Source: Eledone cirrhosa
Lineage: Eukaryota
Direction: 5' to 3'
Assembly (NCBI GenBank): GCA_964016885.1
Contig: OZ024743.1
Location: 28,892,001 to 28,956,000 of the forward strand
DNA length: 64,000 nucleotides
Made by a program: the position numbers and the translations under genes. This document shows positions 25,425-39,575 of the stretch, piece after piece (within the stretch, counting starts at the first letter, position 1; every line of letters begins with the position of its first letter). Below the pieces are notes generated by a model. The model was given only the letters and a program-made list of their open reading frames with translations. It was not told where the DNA came from and did not search any database.

Positions 25425-26800
25425 CGGCGAGTTTGCAGTGTCGTTTGAACGTTGAATAGAATGCTTTACGTTATTCGTTTCAACTCTCTGAGTTCAAATC
25501 CCGCTGAAGTCACCTTTGCTTCTCATCCTTTCGAGGTTGATAAAAAAAGTACCAGTCTAGTACTGGGGTCGATTCTTCGTCTATATCTCTTTCTTACCTC
25601 CATTCTCTCACTCTCTATCCTTCTCTGGAAGAAATTTGCTGTATTCAGACCGAGAGAGGAGAAGGGTCTCACCAAGTTTTAAAATGCCCCAGACATGCTG
25701 TATGTCAATAAGACGCCTCTACCACTCCTCCAGGATTTAAGGGACCATGCAAAAAAAAAAAAACATGTTTAACAAACTAACTTGATATTTGGCAATGAAT
25801 GATAGAACGGAGCCATCTCGTAACCAACTATTTATACAATATTATTTCAATTGGCAGAATCGTTAGAGCGTCGGACACTCTGCTTTGTGACAGAGTTACG
25901 GCCCTTTACGTTCTGAGTTCAAATCCCGCCGAGATTAACTTTACCTTTCATCTTTATGGGGCTCGATAAAATAAAGTACCAGTGACGCGCTGAGGTCGAT
26001 TTAATCGACTTTCCCCTCCCCCCATGACCTTGTGTCTATATCAAAAACCATTATTAACAATTATATTATTATTACATTTACATATTTTGTGTTACTTTAT
26101 TATTAGTTTATCATTGCTTTGCAGCATATAGTTACGGCCCTTTACGTGTTCAACTCCCACCTAGTTCAACTTTGCTTTTCATCCCTCTGACGTCCATAAA
26201 ATAAAGTACCATTGATGCATTGGTGGAGACTTAATCAATGTTTCCTTTACCTTCAAAATTGGCGGCTTTGCACCAAAAGTAGAAACAATTATTATTATAT
26301 TATTACTTTGCAAGATATAACGACCCTTTAAGTTCTGTATTCAAATCCCATCGGGGTCAACTTTGCCTTTTATCCCTCCGAGGTCGATAAAATAACATAA
26401 CGTACCAGTAAAATACTGATTTCAGTATAGTCGACTCTCCCCGCTCCATAAACTGCTGGCCTTATGCCTAAATTAGACATCATTAATATAATCCCGCCGA
26501 GGTTAACTTTGCCTTTCATCCTTACGGGGTCGATAAAATAAAGTACCAGTAATGTACTGGGTAATTGCTGGCCTTGTGCCAAAAAGTAGAAAGAATTAAT
26601 ATTATAAACACTTACAGGGCGGTGAATTGGCAGAATCGGTAGAGGGTCGGACGACATGCTTTGCAGCATAGAGTTACGGTCCTTTATGATCTGAGTTCAA
26701 ATCCCGCCGAGGTTGGGTTTGTCTTACGGGGTCGATAAAATAACGTACCAGTAATACACTGGGATATTTGCTGACCTTGTGCCAAAAGTAGAAACAATTA
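25425..26800 (+). mobile_element. Array of about 6 plus-strand S1 SINEs
   Basis: Copies near 25425, 25850, 26115, 26305, 26490 and 26617, mostly separated by (ATT)n tails. Confidence 0.8.
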
Positions 26801-27960
26801 TTAGTTTATTCATTTATTTTATTGTTTTATTTATTTGTTTTGCTTTATTTTATTGATTTATTTTATTTATTTATTAGGTTTTAATATTATCCTCTTTCCT
26901 TACAATAGGTGAATTTCGTGCCAGGTTCTATCCGTTTCGATGTAAATCTATCGAATTACTTGACTGTTTTTAGACATAACACAATGCAGAATTAAAGACA
27001 TACAAATATTCTTTATAAGACGGTGTATCTGCCTGAGCGTTCTGAAATAATTGTTTCTATTTTTTTTTTTTTTTGAGCTTTCTGAAATGATTTGTCAAAA
27101 GTGATAAAAAAATTTGTAGGCTTTTTTTTTTTTAAATACCCCCATTTAATTGTTCTAGGAAGCAATAGGTTTTATTAGTTGCTTTTAAATTATTTTATAT
27201 CTATTTTTGTCTTCATTTTCTACTTGTTTTAGATGTGTGTGTTTGTGTTATATTCTTTTATAAAGAAGACCCAACAATTAGAAACCTAGAATATATACAA
27301 TACAGAGAGAGAGAGAGGGGGGGGGGGGAGATGTAGATATATATATTAGTCAAGGCATTACTCGGATTATACGTATACTATCGAAAGTGTCAGTGATCTG
27401 GGACCTTCTTTTGACAGAATATCTCGTTTATTCTTCTGTATTAAAGATAGAATATATATATCAATATCTATTTATATATGTGTGCATATCTATAAATACA
27501 TACGTACATATGTACATCATTGTATATAGATATATATGCCTGCACACACACACGTTATATATATATATATATATATATATGCATATAATTACATATAAAT
27601 TTGTGTATATATGTGTGTTAATAAACATTACACATTTTGTTTTATATACGTCTGTTTCTGTTTGTATTAGACTTTGTATCTAAAAGAAGTGTTGATGTTA
27701 TATATGAATATATTATGTGCTGAAAAAACGCATGATCACGGTGTGATGTTATGTGTATACGCACGTGTATATATAATAGTTGTTTCTACTTTTGGCACAA
27801 GGCCAGAAATTACCCAATGCATTAAGGTGCTTTATTTTATCGACCCCGTAAGGATGAAAGGCAAAGTCAACCTCGGCGGGATTTGAACACGTGTATATAT
27901 ATATATAATGAATGGTGAATCAGTTATGGGAATTAAAGGACAGGTGTATGTCCCATAACA

Positions 27961-28156
27961 TACTAGGGTCGGCTGAAAAGTTCGTGGGCTGACCAAGATA
28001 CTCTCATGGAATGATCAAATGGGGTTTATTTTTCAACATGTTCCTTGGAAAGAAACAATGCAGTTATTAATAAGAGTTGAAATTAATGCACCTAAGATTT
28101 CCCAGTAGTAGCATCGCTCCTTCATAGTCAACCTATGAGCTTTACAGCCTACCATA
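27961..28156. mobile_element. Mariner-like MITE
   Basis: Imperfect TIRs GGCTGAAAAGTTCGTGGGCTGAC and GTCAACCTATGAGCTTTACAGCC. Confidence 0.55.
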
Positions 28157-28565
28157 GAGCAAATACTTATTTATTTGACCTGATTACAAGTTTAAGCAAA
28201 GAATATCTGATTTCACCCTTCCAAAGAATCTTTAAGCTTAGATCTAATAATTGTTTCTACTTTTGGCACAAGGCCAGCAATTATACCAGTGCATTACTGG
28301 TATCTTATTTTATCGACCCCGTAAGGATGAAAGGCAAAGTTAACCTCGGCGAGATTTGAACTCAGATCATAAAGGGACGTAACTATGCTGGAAAGCATGG
28401 CCACCGAATCTCTACCGATACAGCCAATCCACCACCCTCAGATCTAATAATATCAACATTTTACCGTCAAAGTTAATCATGAATAACACATTTGAAATTT
28501 TCATTCAAATAACACAGATACAAAGAGATAGAACAAATGTTCATCAATTGACGAGGGAAGAAATA

Positions 28566-29293
28566 AAGGGTGGTCCGAAAACCTTGTCACCCCCTACCAA
28601 AAAGTAATGAGAAACAGTTTATGTTCCTATTGTAGTATTGTCCTCTTCGGAGGAGCTGGCTTGCCGAATCTTGCCGTGAAGTCATGTCGCCCATCTTCCA
28701 TGCTCTTGCCAGAATGCATACGACTATGTGTCCATACACTTGCAAGTAGCCTCTCTTCCAAACTGTAGGTGCTCTGAAATAGAAAATTATATTGTTATTA
28801 TTATACATTATAATTAATTGTTTCTACTTTTGGCACAAGGCCAGCAATTACCCAGTGCATTACTGGTACTTTATTTTATCGACCCCGTAAGGATGAAAGG
28901 CAAAGTTAACCTCGGCGGGATTTGAACTCAGAATTGCAAGGGCCGTAACTCTATGCGTCAAAGCATTGCGTCCGACCCTCTACCGATACTTGCAATCCAC
29001 GATATTATATATTATATTATTAAAACAAAAAATAATTGTTTCTACTTTTGGCACAAAGCCAGCAATTATTTCAGTACATTACTGGTACTTTATTTTATCG
29101 ACCCCGTAAGGATGAAAGGCAAAGTTAAACTCGGCGGGATTTGAACTCAGACTATAAAGGGGCATAGCTCTATGCTGCAAAGCATGGCGTCCGACCTTCT
29201 ACCGATACTGCCAATACCCCGCCCTTAAAATAAAAAATAATGAAAGTTAAAGTTAAATGTGACAAAGGGTGACAAGACTTTCGGACCACCCTG
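28566..29293. mobile_element. Tc1/mariner non-autonomous element with two nested SINEs
   Basis: TIRs TA|AAGGGTGGTCCGAAAACCTTGTCACCC and GGGTGACAAGACTTTCGGACCACCCTG|TA. Confidence 0.75.
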
Positions 29294-31055
29294 TACAGTA
29301 ATACCAAGGATGGGAGAAATGACTAAATTTGGTCAACTCGAAATTATAATTGTTTCTACTTTAAGTACAAGGCCAACAATTTTCGAGGAGGGGAAAATCG
29401 ATCAAATCGACTCCACTGCATTGCTAGTGCTTAATGTATCGACCTCATTAGGATAAAATGCAAAGCTAACCTCGGCAGGATTTGAACATAAAGGGCCGTA
29501 ACTCTATGCTGCAAACCTTTTGTCCGACGCTCTATCTGTACTGCCAATCCACCGCTCTACACACGAAGTTATAATAGAAGACAGCACTTGCTAAATGTAC
29601 CTCGTAGCAGGACTTGAATTTATGACTTTGTGCTTCAGAAGAGAACTCCTACATCATACAACCATACCAGTGGGATGATTCTTTTGTTGTGGCGGATTGG
29701 TTCAAGGTTATAATAAGGAACAAAATTGATTTATCTAATTTGACACTAACAATTATTACAGTTCCATAACCTTACCATTATTACTTCGGGCTATTAATTT
29801 TGCTAAGCCTATAACGGAAATTAAAGGTTTCGAAATAATTCATACTCGGAAGACAGTAATAAATTTAAATGATTCTATCTGGATAAAAAAAAAAATTATT
29901 ATTACCTCTTTTGATGTGATGATAGGGTCATACAATTCGGAAGAGGTCCCTAACCTTCTCGGTCATTATATACTATCTACACTTAAAGAAGAATTCACAT
30001 ATATTGGCAGCGGTCTGTATTGTAGCAGTGATTTGTTGAGTATATTTCTGAAGCGGAAGGAAATCGGGTTTTGGTGATAATATTAACCACCCTGGGTGGT
30101 TAATATCTCCAGTTTATAGAATTATCGTTTAATATTTATTATGTTGGATGTTGCGTTTCGTATTCTGTCCGTTCCTATCTCATATATTTGCATTCAAACA
30201 AAGTTGCAGCTTTTGTTATATATGCTAACCGAGCGTTTTAGAGATTATTTTTATGTTTGTGCCTAAATCAGAAACCATTATTTTTTGTGATTTTTGTTGT
30301 TGTAAGTTCACCCATTCAATAGATACCTACATATAGTGTTATATCTATTTAATACATTAACAGAGAAAGCTTTAAGCAATACTCCGACCGGCTTCCGTCT
30401 CACTCAACAAATATTAGGATATACCTTAGTATAATCCCAATTATACGTATTTTGCGGATAGCCAGTTGTATTATTTTATGAGACATAATTCAATATATCT
30501 CCCTCTCCAAACGATCGTTTCATTATAAGTTTTATACAAATTGGGAAAATAATGTCAAGGTTATGTAGAAGCCTACACATAGTCCATAGGAATATATGCA
30601 GGTGGGCACTTATAAATTATCAGTAGATGCCCAACAATATCGATATAAAAAAAACCTTACCGATATTAATATTCAGCGATGGTACCCGTCCGTTCTAGAG
30701 TGACCGCCAAATTTGAAATTCCAGCAGTCTCACAATGAGAAATCTCACACCGTCACCAAACGAGAGGGGAGGTCATCGCAAAACATAAAAGAATAAAATA
30801 ATATGCACGCAGGTCAATTAATTCTTTCAATAATTTTAACCAGGCGTGAAGAACTCAATTGGATATAAAAAAATAAATATATGCATGTATTATTTATACA
30901 CGCATATAGGTATTTTCTCTATTTAGATTACTGTCTGCTCCATTTGGTACTTTTAATGAACACATCTACCTGAAGCACCAGGCAAGATTTTATTGGTATA
31001 CATGCATACACGTAAATATTTATGTGTGCTTGTGTGTTAAATATGCATACGAATA

Positions 31056-31106
<51 letters not shown>

Positions 31107-32819
31107 CACACACAACTATATATACATCTGTGTGTGTGTGTGTGCATTCGAAATAATCAAAGCCAGCTTTTTACACATATTCATACATATTACAGCTGTG
31201 TGTTCTCAAATTAAAATCAGTCCTGTTGATTACTATACTTTTGGAGCACCCACTTCATTGCTCATCAGTTCACCTAAGTGAATCCAAGCATTTCAAAGAA
31301 TTCATTTCCTGAACACTGTTGCTGTGATCTATTCCAATGCACCTGTTAAATACGTAGACTTTCTTTTCATTCAGTCTGCGAGTGACTATACTGTATCTCT
31401 TGTACATCTATAGCTTACATTGCGTACACACTATATATCTCCTCAGTTCTGGAGGCGGCTGGATTATCCAGAATTGATGGGAAGAGGCCAGATGGTCCTA
31501 CCCTTTGCAGACCTGCCACCTTCTAATAACCCATGAGAAAAAATACCCCCAAACGGGGCAAAATGGGGAGATTTTACTTAATGAAAGCTAAACCCATTTT
31601 CACAAGAGAAGACGTCTCCTCCATCTGACGGGGAGAGTTGACAGGTTTGCCTTTGGCCCTGGGTAAAAGGCAGATGTCTCATCTGGGACACCTCAGTCAG
31701 TGACTCTTTTGCTCTCTCCCACATCAAGGATGCCACGGTAAATGTGAGGGTCACTGCTTCCGTTGCCAATCGGAATAAAATCTTAAAATGCCGGGAACTA
31801 TCAAATAACTACTTTTCTAGTCTGTTGCGTTTGAGACGTTTGGCCACTGACAGCGAAGTTCTATTCATCGTTGGCGGGTCACCTTACCGAGGTCTCAGGT
31901 AATGCCCGTGGGGGTGCCTGGTTGTTTCAGCTCCTTAACCTCACCATCACCGGTGGTAAGGCTGCGAACGTGTTGCCTTACTTCAAAATTTTCCTTTGAC
32001 CCTTATGGTGAATTGATGGTTGTTTCTGTTTGTTCTTTCTCTTTTCTCTCACTTTCATCATATGTATCTTTGTGCATTATATTTGTGAGGTTCCCAGCAA
32101 TAGTTAATTGTATTTATTATATGTGTTTATATTTTCCTTCTGTAAGAATTATAAACTATTTGTAATGTTATTTATACAACTGTGAATAAAAATATAGAAT
32201 GTTTATCTACACCTTTTTTTCTGATGTAACATGGCATTTCCCAGAAGGCTATAGGTTTCTGAATTCTTCTTGTTAATAAAAACTTTCTTTTGTAGGTTTA
32301 ATTTGACCTCATAAATCTAGGTTTTATTTGCAACTTTGAAATATATATATTTTTAATTATTATTATTGAACGGATTCGGCTATATGAGCTATGTCTTAAC
32401 CTTCTTTGTTATGACCTGGAGAACTAACAAAAATAGAAGAGTCTGAAAACCGAACCTTGATGGATACCTACATGACGAAAAACAAAAATTATCCTGCAAC
32501 AATTATTACAAGTGTTCCTGAACACCAAGCTGGACATTCTCGGAAAATGCACACACGAGTGAAAATACATCCTAAACTTTTGATGAAATAACACAAATCA
32601 GATCAGTAAACTACAGAACACGAACGCACACTCGATAGCCTTTGCATTCATATGCTCCCCAATTTTGGAGGTATTACATGTGTGACAGTAATCAGACCCA
32701 CAAAGACAAATTTATGTCCACTTGTACCACCACACTTGCCATGTACGTACCATTCAGTTTTTTCTAATCAGTTAATACATAACAGTCTGTAAAGACATGT
32801 GGGGTGGACATGTTTCAGC

Positions 32820-33070
32820 TATTTGGAAGATCTGCTGCAAACAGTCTAACTCTCACATCCCAGGTATAGGATACCGAGAGTTTGACGATTGGGTACTAAT
32901 GTCTCTAAAATCATTCAGCTTGATAGAAGTGTTGATACCTCTATGATCTCAGACTCTGTGATGTTGCTTTACAAAATCTGAGCTTGCTTTAGTTTTCCTA
33001 GAATTCACTCCATTATCAATGGGACCATGGCTCATGAGAAGACTGCCAAGATAAGTGAAATTTTCCAATT
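32820..33070 (-). mobile_element. RTE LINE RT remnant
   Basis: Minus strand translates ENFTYLGSLLMSHGPIDNGVNSRKTKASSDF. Confidence 0.6.
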
Positions 33071-34954
33071 CGAGGTGATAGGTATCTTTGGCCGATATTT
33101 TTGGAGGACGAGAGAGCAATGATCTTTACTGTTGCATTTGCCTGCATTATTCCTACCCAGCACACCTTCCTAGGTTTTGAAATCTATGCTTAATCTTGCA
33201 TTGAAATCATCTAGGATAGAAAACACTTTCAGTACATATAATAAAACATTTACAGATTTGTAGGCAAGAAATTTAGTAAAATAAATTGATAAGAAAGCTG
33301 ACAGATATTGATGTTATTGACGTGCAAAACGAAAAGCAACAACGGCTAACTCTAGTAGAATTGAACTAAAAAAATGATATATTATAGTGTTAGGAATTTA
33401 GTCTAAGACTCTACCACTACTGCCTTTCCTTTGGTTTCACATACATATAATGCCTCTGCATTTCTGCTGACTTTGCATGCATCCAAATGTTTTTCGCATT
33501 CCTCTAGCTTTACACATCAAATAATAATCAACTTTACAGTAAATTAATGTTATAAACCAACAAAGAAGCATACTGTTTCTGAGTAAGGTACATAGTATTC
33601 CCTGCTATCTTTCATCTGACTGACAGCACACTGTATATCTATTTTGTTCAGCCCCAGGTTAACCTTGATTGAGCATATCTATCATCAAAGGGTATTTAAG
33701 CCATGACGATACCACCTTTTTTTTTCAACAATATTGTATCCTGAAGCAGGGCTTATAAAAGGTGGGGGTAATTTTAGCAGGTACATCAGTCTAGGGCCCC
33801 TCATCTTATCCCCTAATAAAATGCTTTCAGTCTCCCTTGAATTTTGAGAGAAACCTCATCTTGGGGGAGCTAAAATCAGTCATGTTCCACCTTACAAAAT
33901 TTCTTTCAGAATCCTTGCCTTGACCTACCATATCTAATGCATCTTTCATTTTTCAAAAGGAAATTTTTGCCAGCTATTTCTAGCAGAGCCAATCATACAA
34001 AACATTATTTTACAGTTGTATTGCTTTGTAGTTGGCAGTGTGAGTCATTCTGTTTATCAAAATACAATTTCTGTTTTAACAATATGAAACACATTTCCAT
34101 CTTTGCTCACATGGAAAATTTAATGCAAAACACCAAGAAAATAATAGAAAAGAATTTAAAAAAAAAACAATGAGAAAAGAAGATTGAATTATGGAATATC
34201 TAAACTTATTAACCTTTATACAGATGTTCATGTGTTTGTATCAGATTTTATCAGTGACAAACTCGAAATGTTAAAAATACTTTTACAAAAATATCAAAAA
34301 TTATTTTTAAATGGAAAGGAAATTTCAAAACTAAAAATCAATATATAAAATAAAGAAAATGCCATCTGCAATGTTTTCTACATACTAGTTTTCTTTGGCA
34401 ACTTGCTTCATCAATCTAATTGGCTTTATCAAGGTGTTGTATATATTTCTTCACATTTTCTAATTAAGATTCTTTTATTGCAATGAATTTCATATCAATA
34501 AGACAGAATTATGGGTCATAGATGAAGAAAATTGCTTTCTAACCAATTAGAAATGAAATTATAACAGACTTACACATCATACCAGTTACAAGAGTCAATT
34601 ACTTTACTATTTTTTTTACTCTCTCTTCTTTATCATCCCACAGTTTCTCTGTCTCTTCCCCACTTTCTCAATTTACTGCATACATGATTTGTTATATTTC
34701 ATGGAAACATACATATTAGAAATAGAAATATATAATCATCTGTAGTTGTTTAGCCCTAGGTCAGTCCTGATTTAGCAGGATGCATGAGAATGGCAGGTTT
34801 GGTATAGCTTGTTGGTCAACAGTTTTCAACTGAAATTTTGTAGTAAAAACGCACTTATTTAGTGTTGAAGGAATTTATTGTGTGCTTTAGGTGGCTGTTC
34901 ACTATTAGGATATATATATACATATATATATATATTGAGAGAGAGAGAGAGAGA

Positions 34955-35198
34955 GGTGTCACGACAAAAAGCACCCAGTCCACACTGTAAAGTGGTTGTG
35001 TAGGCGCCATGATAAAAAGCACTCAGTATTCACTGTAAATGAGGTTGAAGGTAGGAAGGGCATCCAGCTGTAGAAACCAAGCTAAAATCAGTTTTGTATG
35101 AGCAAGACATGGTCACCTGACCTGGCATTACCCACAACAGGACAATTCGTCTAACCCATGATAGCATGGAAGAATGAACGTAAAACGGTGATGATGAT
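34955..35198 (+). mobile_element. SINE with RTE-type 3' tail (family S3); other copies ~38370-38570(+), 46072-46335(-), 59230-59680(+), 61908-62060(-)
   Basis: AAAAGCACCCAGT..CTGTAAAGTGGTTG..GGAAGGGCATCCAGCTGTAGAAAC..AACCCATG.TAGCATGGAA..(GAT)n. The AACCCATGC tail motif is shared with the RTE end at 64000. Confidence 0.7.
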
Positions 35199-35267
35199 AT
35201 ATATATATATATATATTTACATGTGTTATTGTGAGAAAAAGTATTCAAGACCAAAGTAGAGTTTAAT

Positions 35268-35415
35268 TATTCATTGATCATGGCTAAGCAATAAGCTTTG
35301 TTACTCTGGAGTTTGACCTGCACACTTGCAGGATTATCTTGTCTGGTGATTCTGTGAGTGCATAGGTGAAACTCTAGAGTAACAAGGCTCACTACTTAGC
35401 CATAATAAATGAATA
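35268..35415. repeat. ~65-bp imperfect inverted repeat (148-nt hairpin)
   Basis: ATGGCTAAG..TTGTTACTCTGGAGTTT.ACCT pairs with AGGT.AAACTCTAGAGTAACAA..CTTAGCCAT. Confidence 0.8.
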
Positions 35416-37513
35416 GTCTGGAACCAGCTGTTGAAATGGAAAGAGCTCAGCTGTTGGGTTATGGCTCTTTATAACACAGCCATACTCTACTACCCCAAGT
35501 TCGAGTACTCTGTTCAGTAATGGTCTAACTAGTTTTAAACTGGTTCTATCCCAATGTTTATATATATTGTTTTACTCATTGTAATGTTCCCATTGTTTTC
35601 CACTTTTTTATTTTTGTAATGTCTCTCATTTGTCACACTTGTTATAAATAAAAAAGCAAGTATTACTGTTATAGTCAGAATAATTTGTAGAGAACTAGAC
35701 AAAATACCCTCCAGGGATATTTATATTTCAAATCCCACTGTGTTCAACTTGGCTGTTTTGACTTTCAAACTTCTGAGGCCCAATAAAATAAAGTTCCAGT
35801 GAAATACTCAGGTTGATATAATCAACATTTCCCACTTTACAAAATGTCCAGCCTTGTGTCTATGTTAGAAATTAGCAGTTGGAAACATACAAAGAGCCTG
35901 CAGTTGCAAAATATATGGGCCAACATTAACCATGTGACCCACAAAGAGATGTAATACAAATACATAAAGGAATATATAACATATGCTTTATTACTTGTCC
36001 ATTTACATCACATGTACATATTAAAAGTTGTCTCAGATGGACACATCAACTGGTGTCTTTAATGCAACAGCAGTTCTCTCAGTAACACATGTCAGCTAAT
36101 GTCTTTAAAACAAATACTTATCTAAATCACATGTATTACAATGTACTATGTTTAGATATATTGGTCATACACTACATTATATATGTTGTTGTTGCTGTTT
36201 AACCCCAGATCAGCCCTGATAGACTGACTATGATCAAAGACATTTCAGTCATGACCATCCTGTCTTTCTATATATCTAGGAATACATTGTCTGTTGTTTA
36301 TTTACATATTTTAAACAGTAAACTGTGAGTTTGATGGAGACTTGGCTTCTATTTCTAACAAGCTCAGCAACCACATAGAAGTTCCCTCACTGACTCATCT
36401 ACATCATATGTAAGATTATATAAAAGTGGACCTCATACATATAAAAAATATAGTTTACCACCATACACTATTTAAGGGTTAATGATGAATGTGTAGAGCA
36501 TATGCAATATGGAAGATGAGATCTCATCACCTTCATTGTATAAGCTTGGTAAAAACCAAACAAAATCCAAAGAGTCAAACTAGATTTATGACATAGCATA
36601 ATATTACCTAAATCCTGTAAACATGTGTCAAATACTTAGAACTATTTTGGAGTAAATCATTATGTTCTGATACAGTTGAAAGTAATTTAGTTGTGAACAA
36701 AATACTAAGTGCAAATGAGATTTAATATTTATAAAACCAATATGGAAGAAAAAAATCTTCTAATATTGAAAGGAACATATTAAATCTACAGGCAGGGTGT
36801 AATGATGAAATACACATTCAACATCACATATAATTTACCACAATCTAAAATGATTACTGTTTTTATTCAACACTAACATCTTATCAGCAAGGATATTAAA
36901 TTTGATTTTGTCAAAGAATATTTGATTGTATATTGTATATCATTTCCTGAGAAATAAAAATCCCCCAAAGAAAACATAATGGAATTTTACCTGAAATGTG
37001 GAATATCATAATAAACAAGAATATAGCTATAGCAAATATTACAAATATATTCTAACAAAACAATATCTTTATTTCAAATATTTGTAATAATCATATTTTA
37101 CATATAATTATGGTGAGTGTGTGTGTGTTTATAAATAGATATATGTGTGTGTATAAATAAAATATATATGTGTGTATATAAATAATATATATATGTCTGT
37201 GTGTATGAGAAAGAGTAATGTATGCATGTAAATTAATAATTAATGGCTTTTACTCTTTTAACATAAACCATGTCAAATATTTTACCTTTATAAACAAGCT
37301 AAGGGGCGATGTACTGAATGATGTACAAAGAGTTCGCAATTAATTCAAATTTCATTCCTAGTTGAGACAGAGATGCTAAATGAAACCTTAAAGAAAATTA
37401 TTAGCAATTCCCAGAAAAAAAGTGATATAATTTAAAAAAATTAGAAACAATAACACAAAATATATTTACATGCTTAGAGGATAATATGAATTTTGTTTGC
37501 AGGTAAATGGATA

Positions 37514-37550
37514 GCTAACATGTTTCGGTCTTATTGATCCTCATCAGCAT
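37514..37550 (-). ncRNA. Minimal hammerhead motif with poor stem I
   Basis: Minus strand reads CTGATGA-GGATC AATAA GACC-GAAA-CATG-TT. Confidence 0.5.
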
Positions 37551-38574
37551 AATATAGTCTACATGTGGATTAGTGGTTCCGTACTGGTTTTGCCAAAACA
37601 ACCCCTTTTAATATGGTAAAATCATCAGCATCCCTTAGTAATGCCGTCTTTTTCTCCCTTTATTTGTATTAATCTTTAATGTATGCCAAAGAGGTGAAGG
37701 CTCAAATCTAGATAAAATTAAATTTCAAGAGTTGCAGCCAGGTTTGAGAAATGCTACTCAACTTAGATCTGTTTTGATCAGGAAGGGATTGGTCCAGTAA
37801 TAATTTGCATTATCTTTTTAATGAGTAAGGGAAATAACTGAAATACGCTTATAGAATAAATTCAAGTAAATAAGAACATTTCATTTCCATCACTCTTCTT
37901 ACCCAATCACTTTCATCCTTCATCAACATATGACCCAACAATTTCATTCCATTTATCTTCACAGCATTATCACTGGCTCTACACCCATAAATATATATAT
38001 AGGTGGATGTGTATTTCAATGTTAGCGGGGAAGGGGTACTGAATGCAATATTCAACAAATTCAAGGGTTGAGGTTACAAAACAAGACCTCACAACAGAAA
38101 TGACAAAAGACTGCGAGGGCTGGTGCGATGCAATGTTGAAGAAGACCCAGCCTGCAATATACAATGTGGCCTGACCTACCTCCTTGTGCCTCCTGCTTGC
38201 ACTAGCACACGTTAACAGCTATTCTCAAAATCACTAACCCCACACCCACACACACACACACATACGCATTCCTAGCTGTAGCCCCCTTGTAAGGTCTTAC
38301 CAAACAAGGGTTGGAAAGACCTTTCAGTCATGTCAAGGACATAACCTCTCTAGTGTTTGGTGATCTACACAATAAACATACCCAGTATACACTGTAAAGT
38401 GATTGGTGATACGATGGGTGTTCAGCTGTAGAAAGCTTGCCAAAAAACGTGTTGGGAGGACCCTTCAGTCATGTCAAGGACATATCAGCCTCCCTAGTGT
38501 TTGATGACCTACACGATAAATGCATCCACTATGCTGTAAAGTAGTTGGTGATAGGAAGGGCATCCAGCCAAACA

Positions 38575-38644
38575 AACTACATCTCTTGTGTAGCCAAGAA
38601 CTACATCTCTTGTGTAGCCAAGAACTACATCTCTTGTGTAGCCA
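38575..38644. repeat. 24-bp tandem repeat x3
   Basis: Unit AACTACATCTCTTGTGTAGCCAAG. Confidence 0.9.
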
Positions 38645-38810
38645 TACTGTACATCATGGAGTTTATGCTAACTCCTTTTCTACATATTGAGCAGGGCCAC
38701 TTCCCTGAAGGAATCAGGGTCCTATCTTCTTTCCTACTCACTAGCACTTTAGTTTTGACTAAGTTTACTTTCAGCCCTTTTGATTTATATATATATATAT
38801 AGAGAGAGAG

Positions 38811-38869
<59 letters not shown>

Positions 38870-39575
38870 GTAGGGAAAGTGTTTTCTTTCAAAAATGCTA
38901 TATTGAAAACACGACTGTGCTCCAGTATGATCATTTTTATTAAGGATCTTTTGTGTATCACTATGCATTATTTATGCTTATGTTCCTAAATCCATGTGCA
39001 TTAATGTTTCAGCTATATCTTAAGGATCAAAATTGTCATACTAGTGGCATATTGGTCATATGCTTAGCAGTGGCTGTAAAGTATTATGTGAGTATAGGAA
39101 ATCATGTTTATATGTAGAACAATAAGCATTTTAAGGCCATTTTCCTTGACAAAGCTGTATGGACCACATGATAGGCTTCATATTCATAATGAGACCCTCT
39201 TTGAGGGAATATTATATGGCCAGATACCATTGCTGGTGCCAACCCTTTTAGTCACTTCTAATATATTTTCTATCTGTTCTATTATTCATATGTGTGTGTG
39301 TATGTGTTTGCATGCATGCATGTGTTTGAGCATATATATGTCTTTTTGTATGTGTATGTCTGTTTGTGTAGGCATTATGAAAAATAAAAACATGCTCCAA
39401 TATTAACTTTCTTTTATTTAGAATATTTTATAAACAACATTTAAATTTTTAAAATTCAACAATATGAAACTATAGGTACAATAACAGGAAATTTTATATT
39501 AAGATGTTGCATGTCTTAAGTGCTCTTTCATTTGTTGGTATCACAAAATCAGAAACACTAAATATGTGTGTATTA

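Larger units (their letters stand above)
27777..29555 (-). mobile_element. Cluster of 5 minus-strand S1 SINEs
   Basis: Copies near 27777, 28247 (TSD AGATCTAATAAT), 28815, 29033 and 29348. Confidence 0.8.

Noticed and set aside
29900-30650. Possible very old PLE RT remnant
   Set aside because: Only scattered motif echoes across frameshifts. It needs a profile-HMM search.
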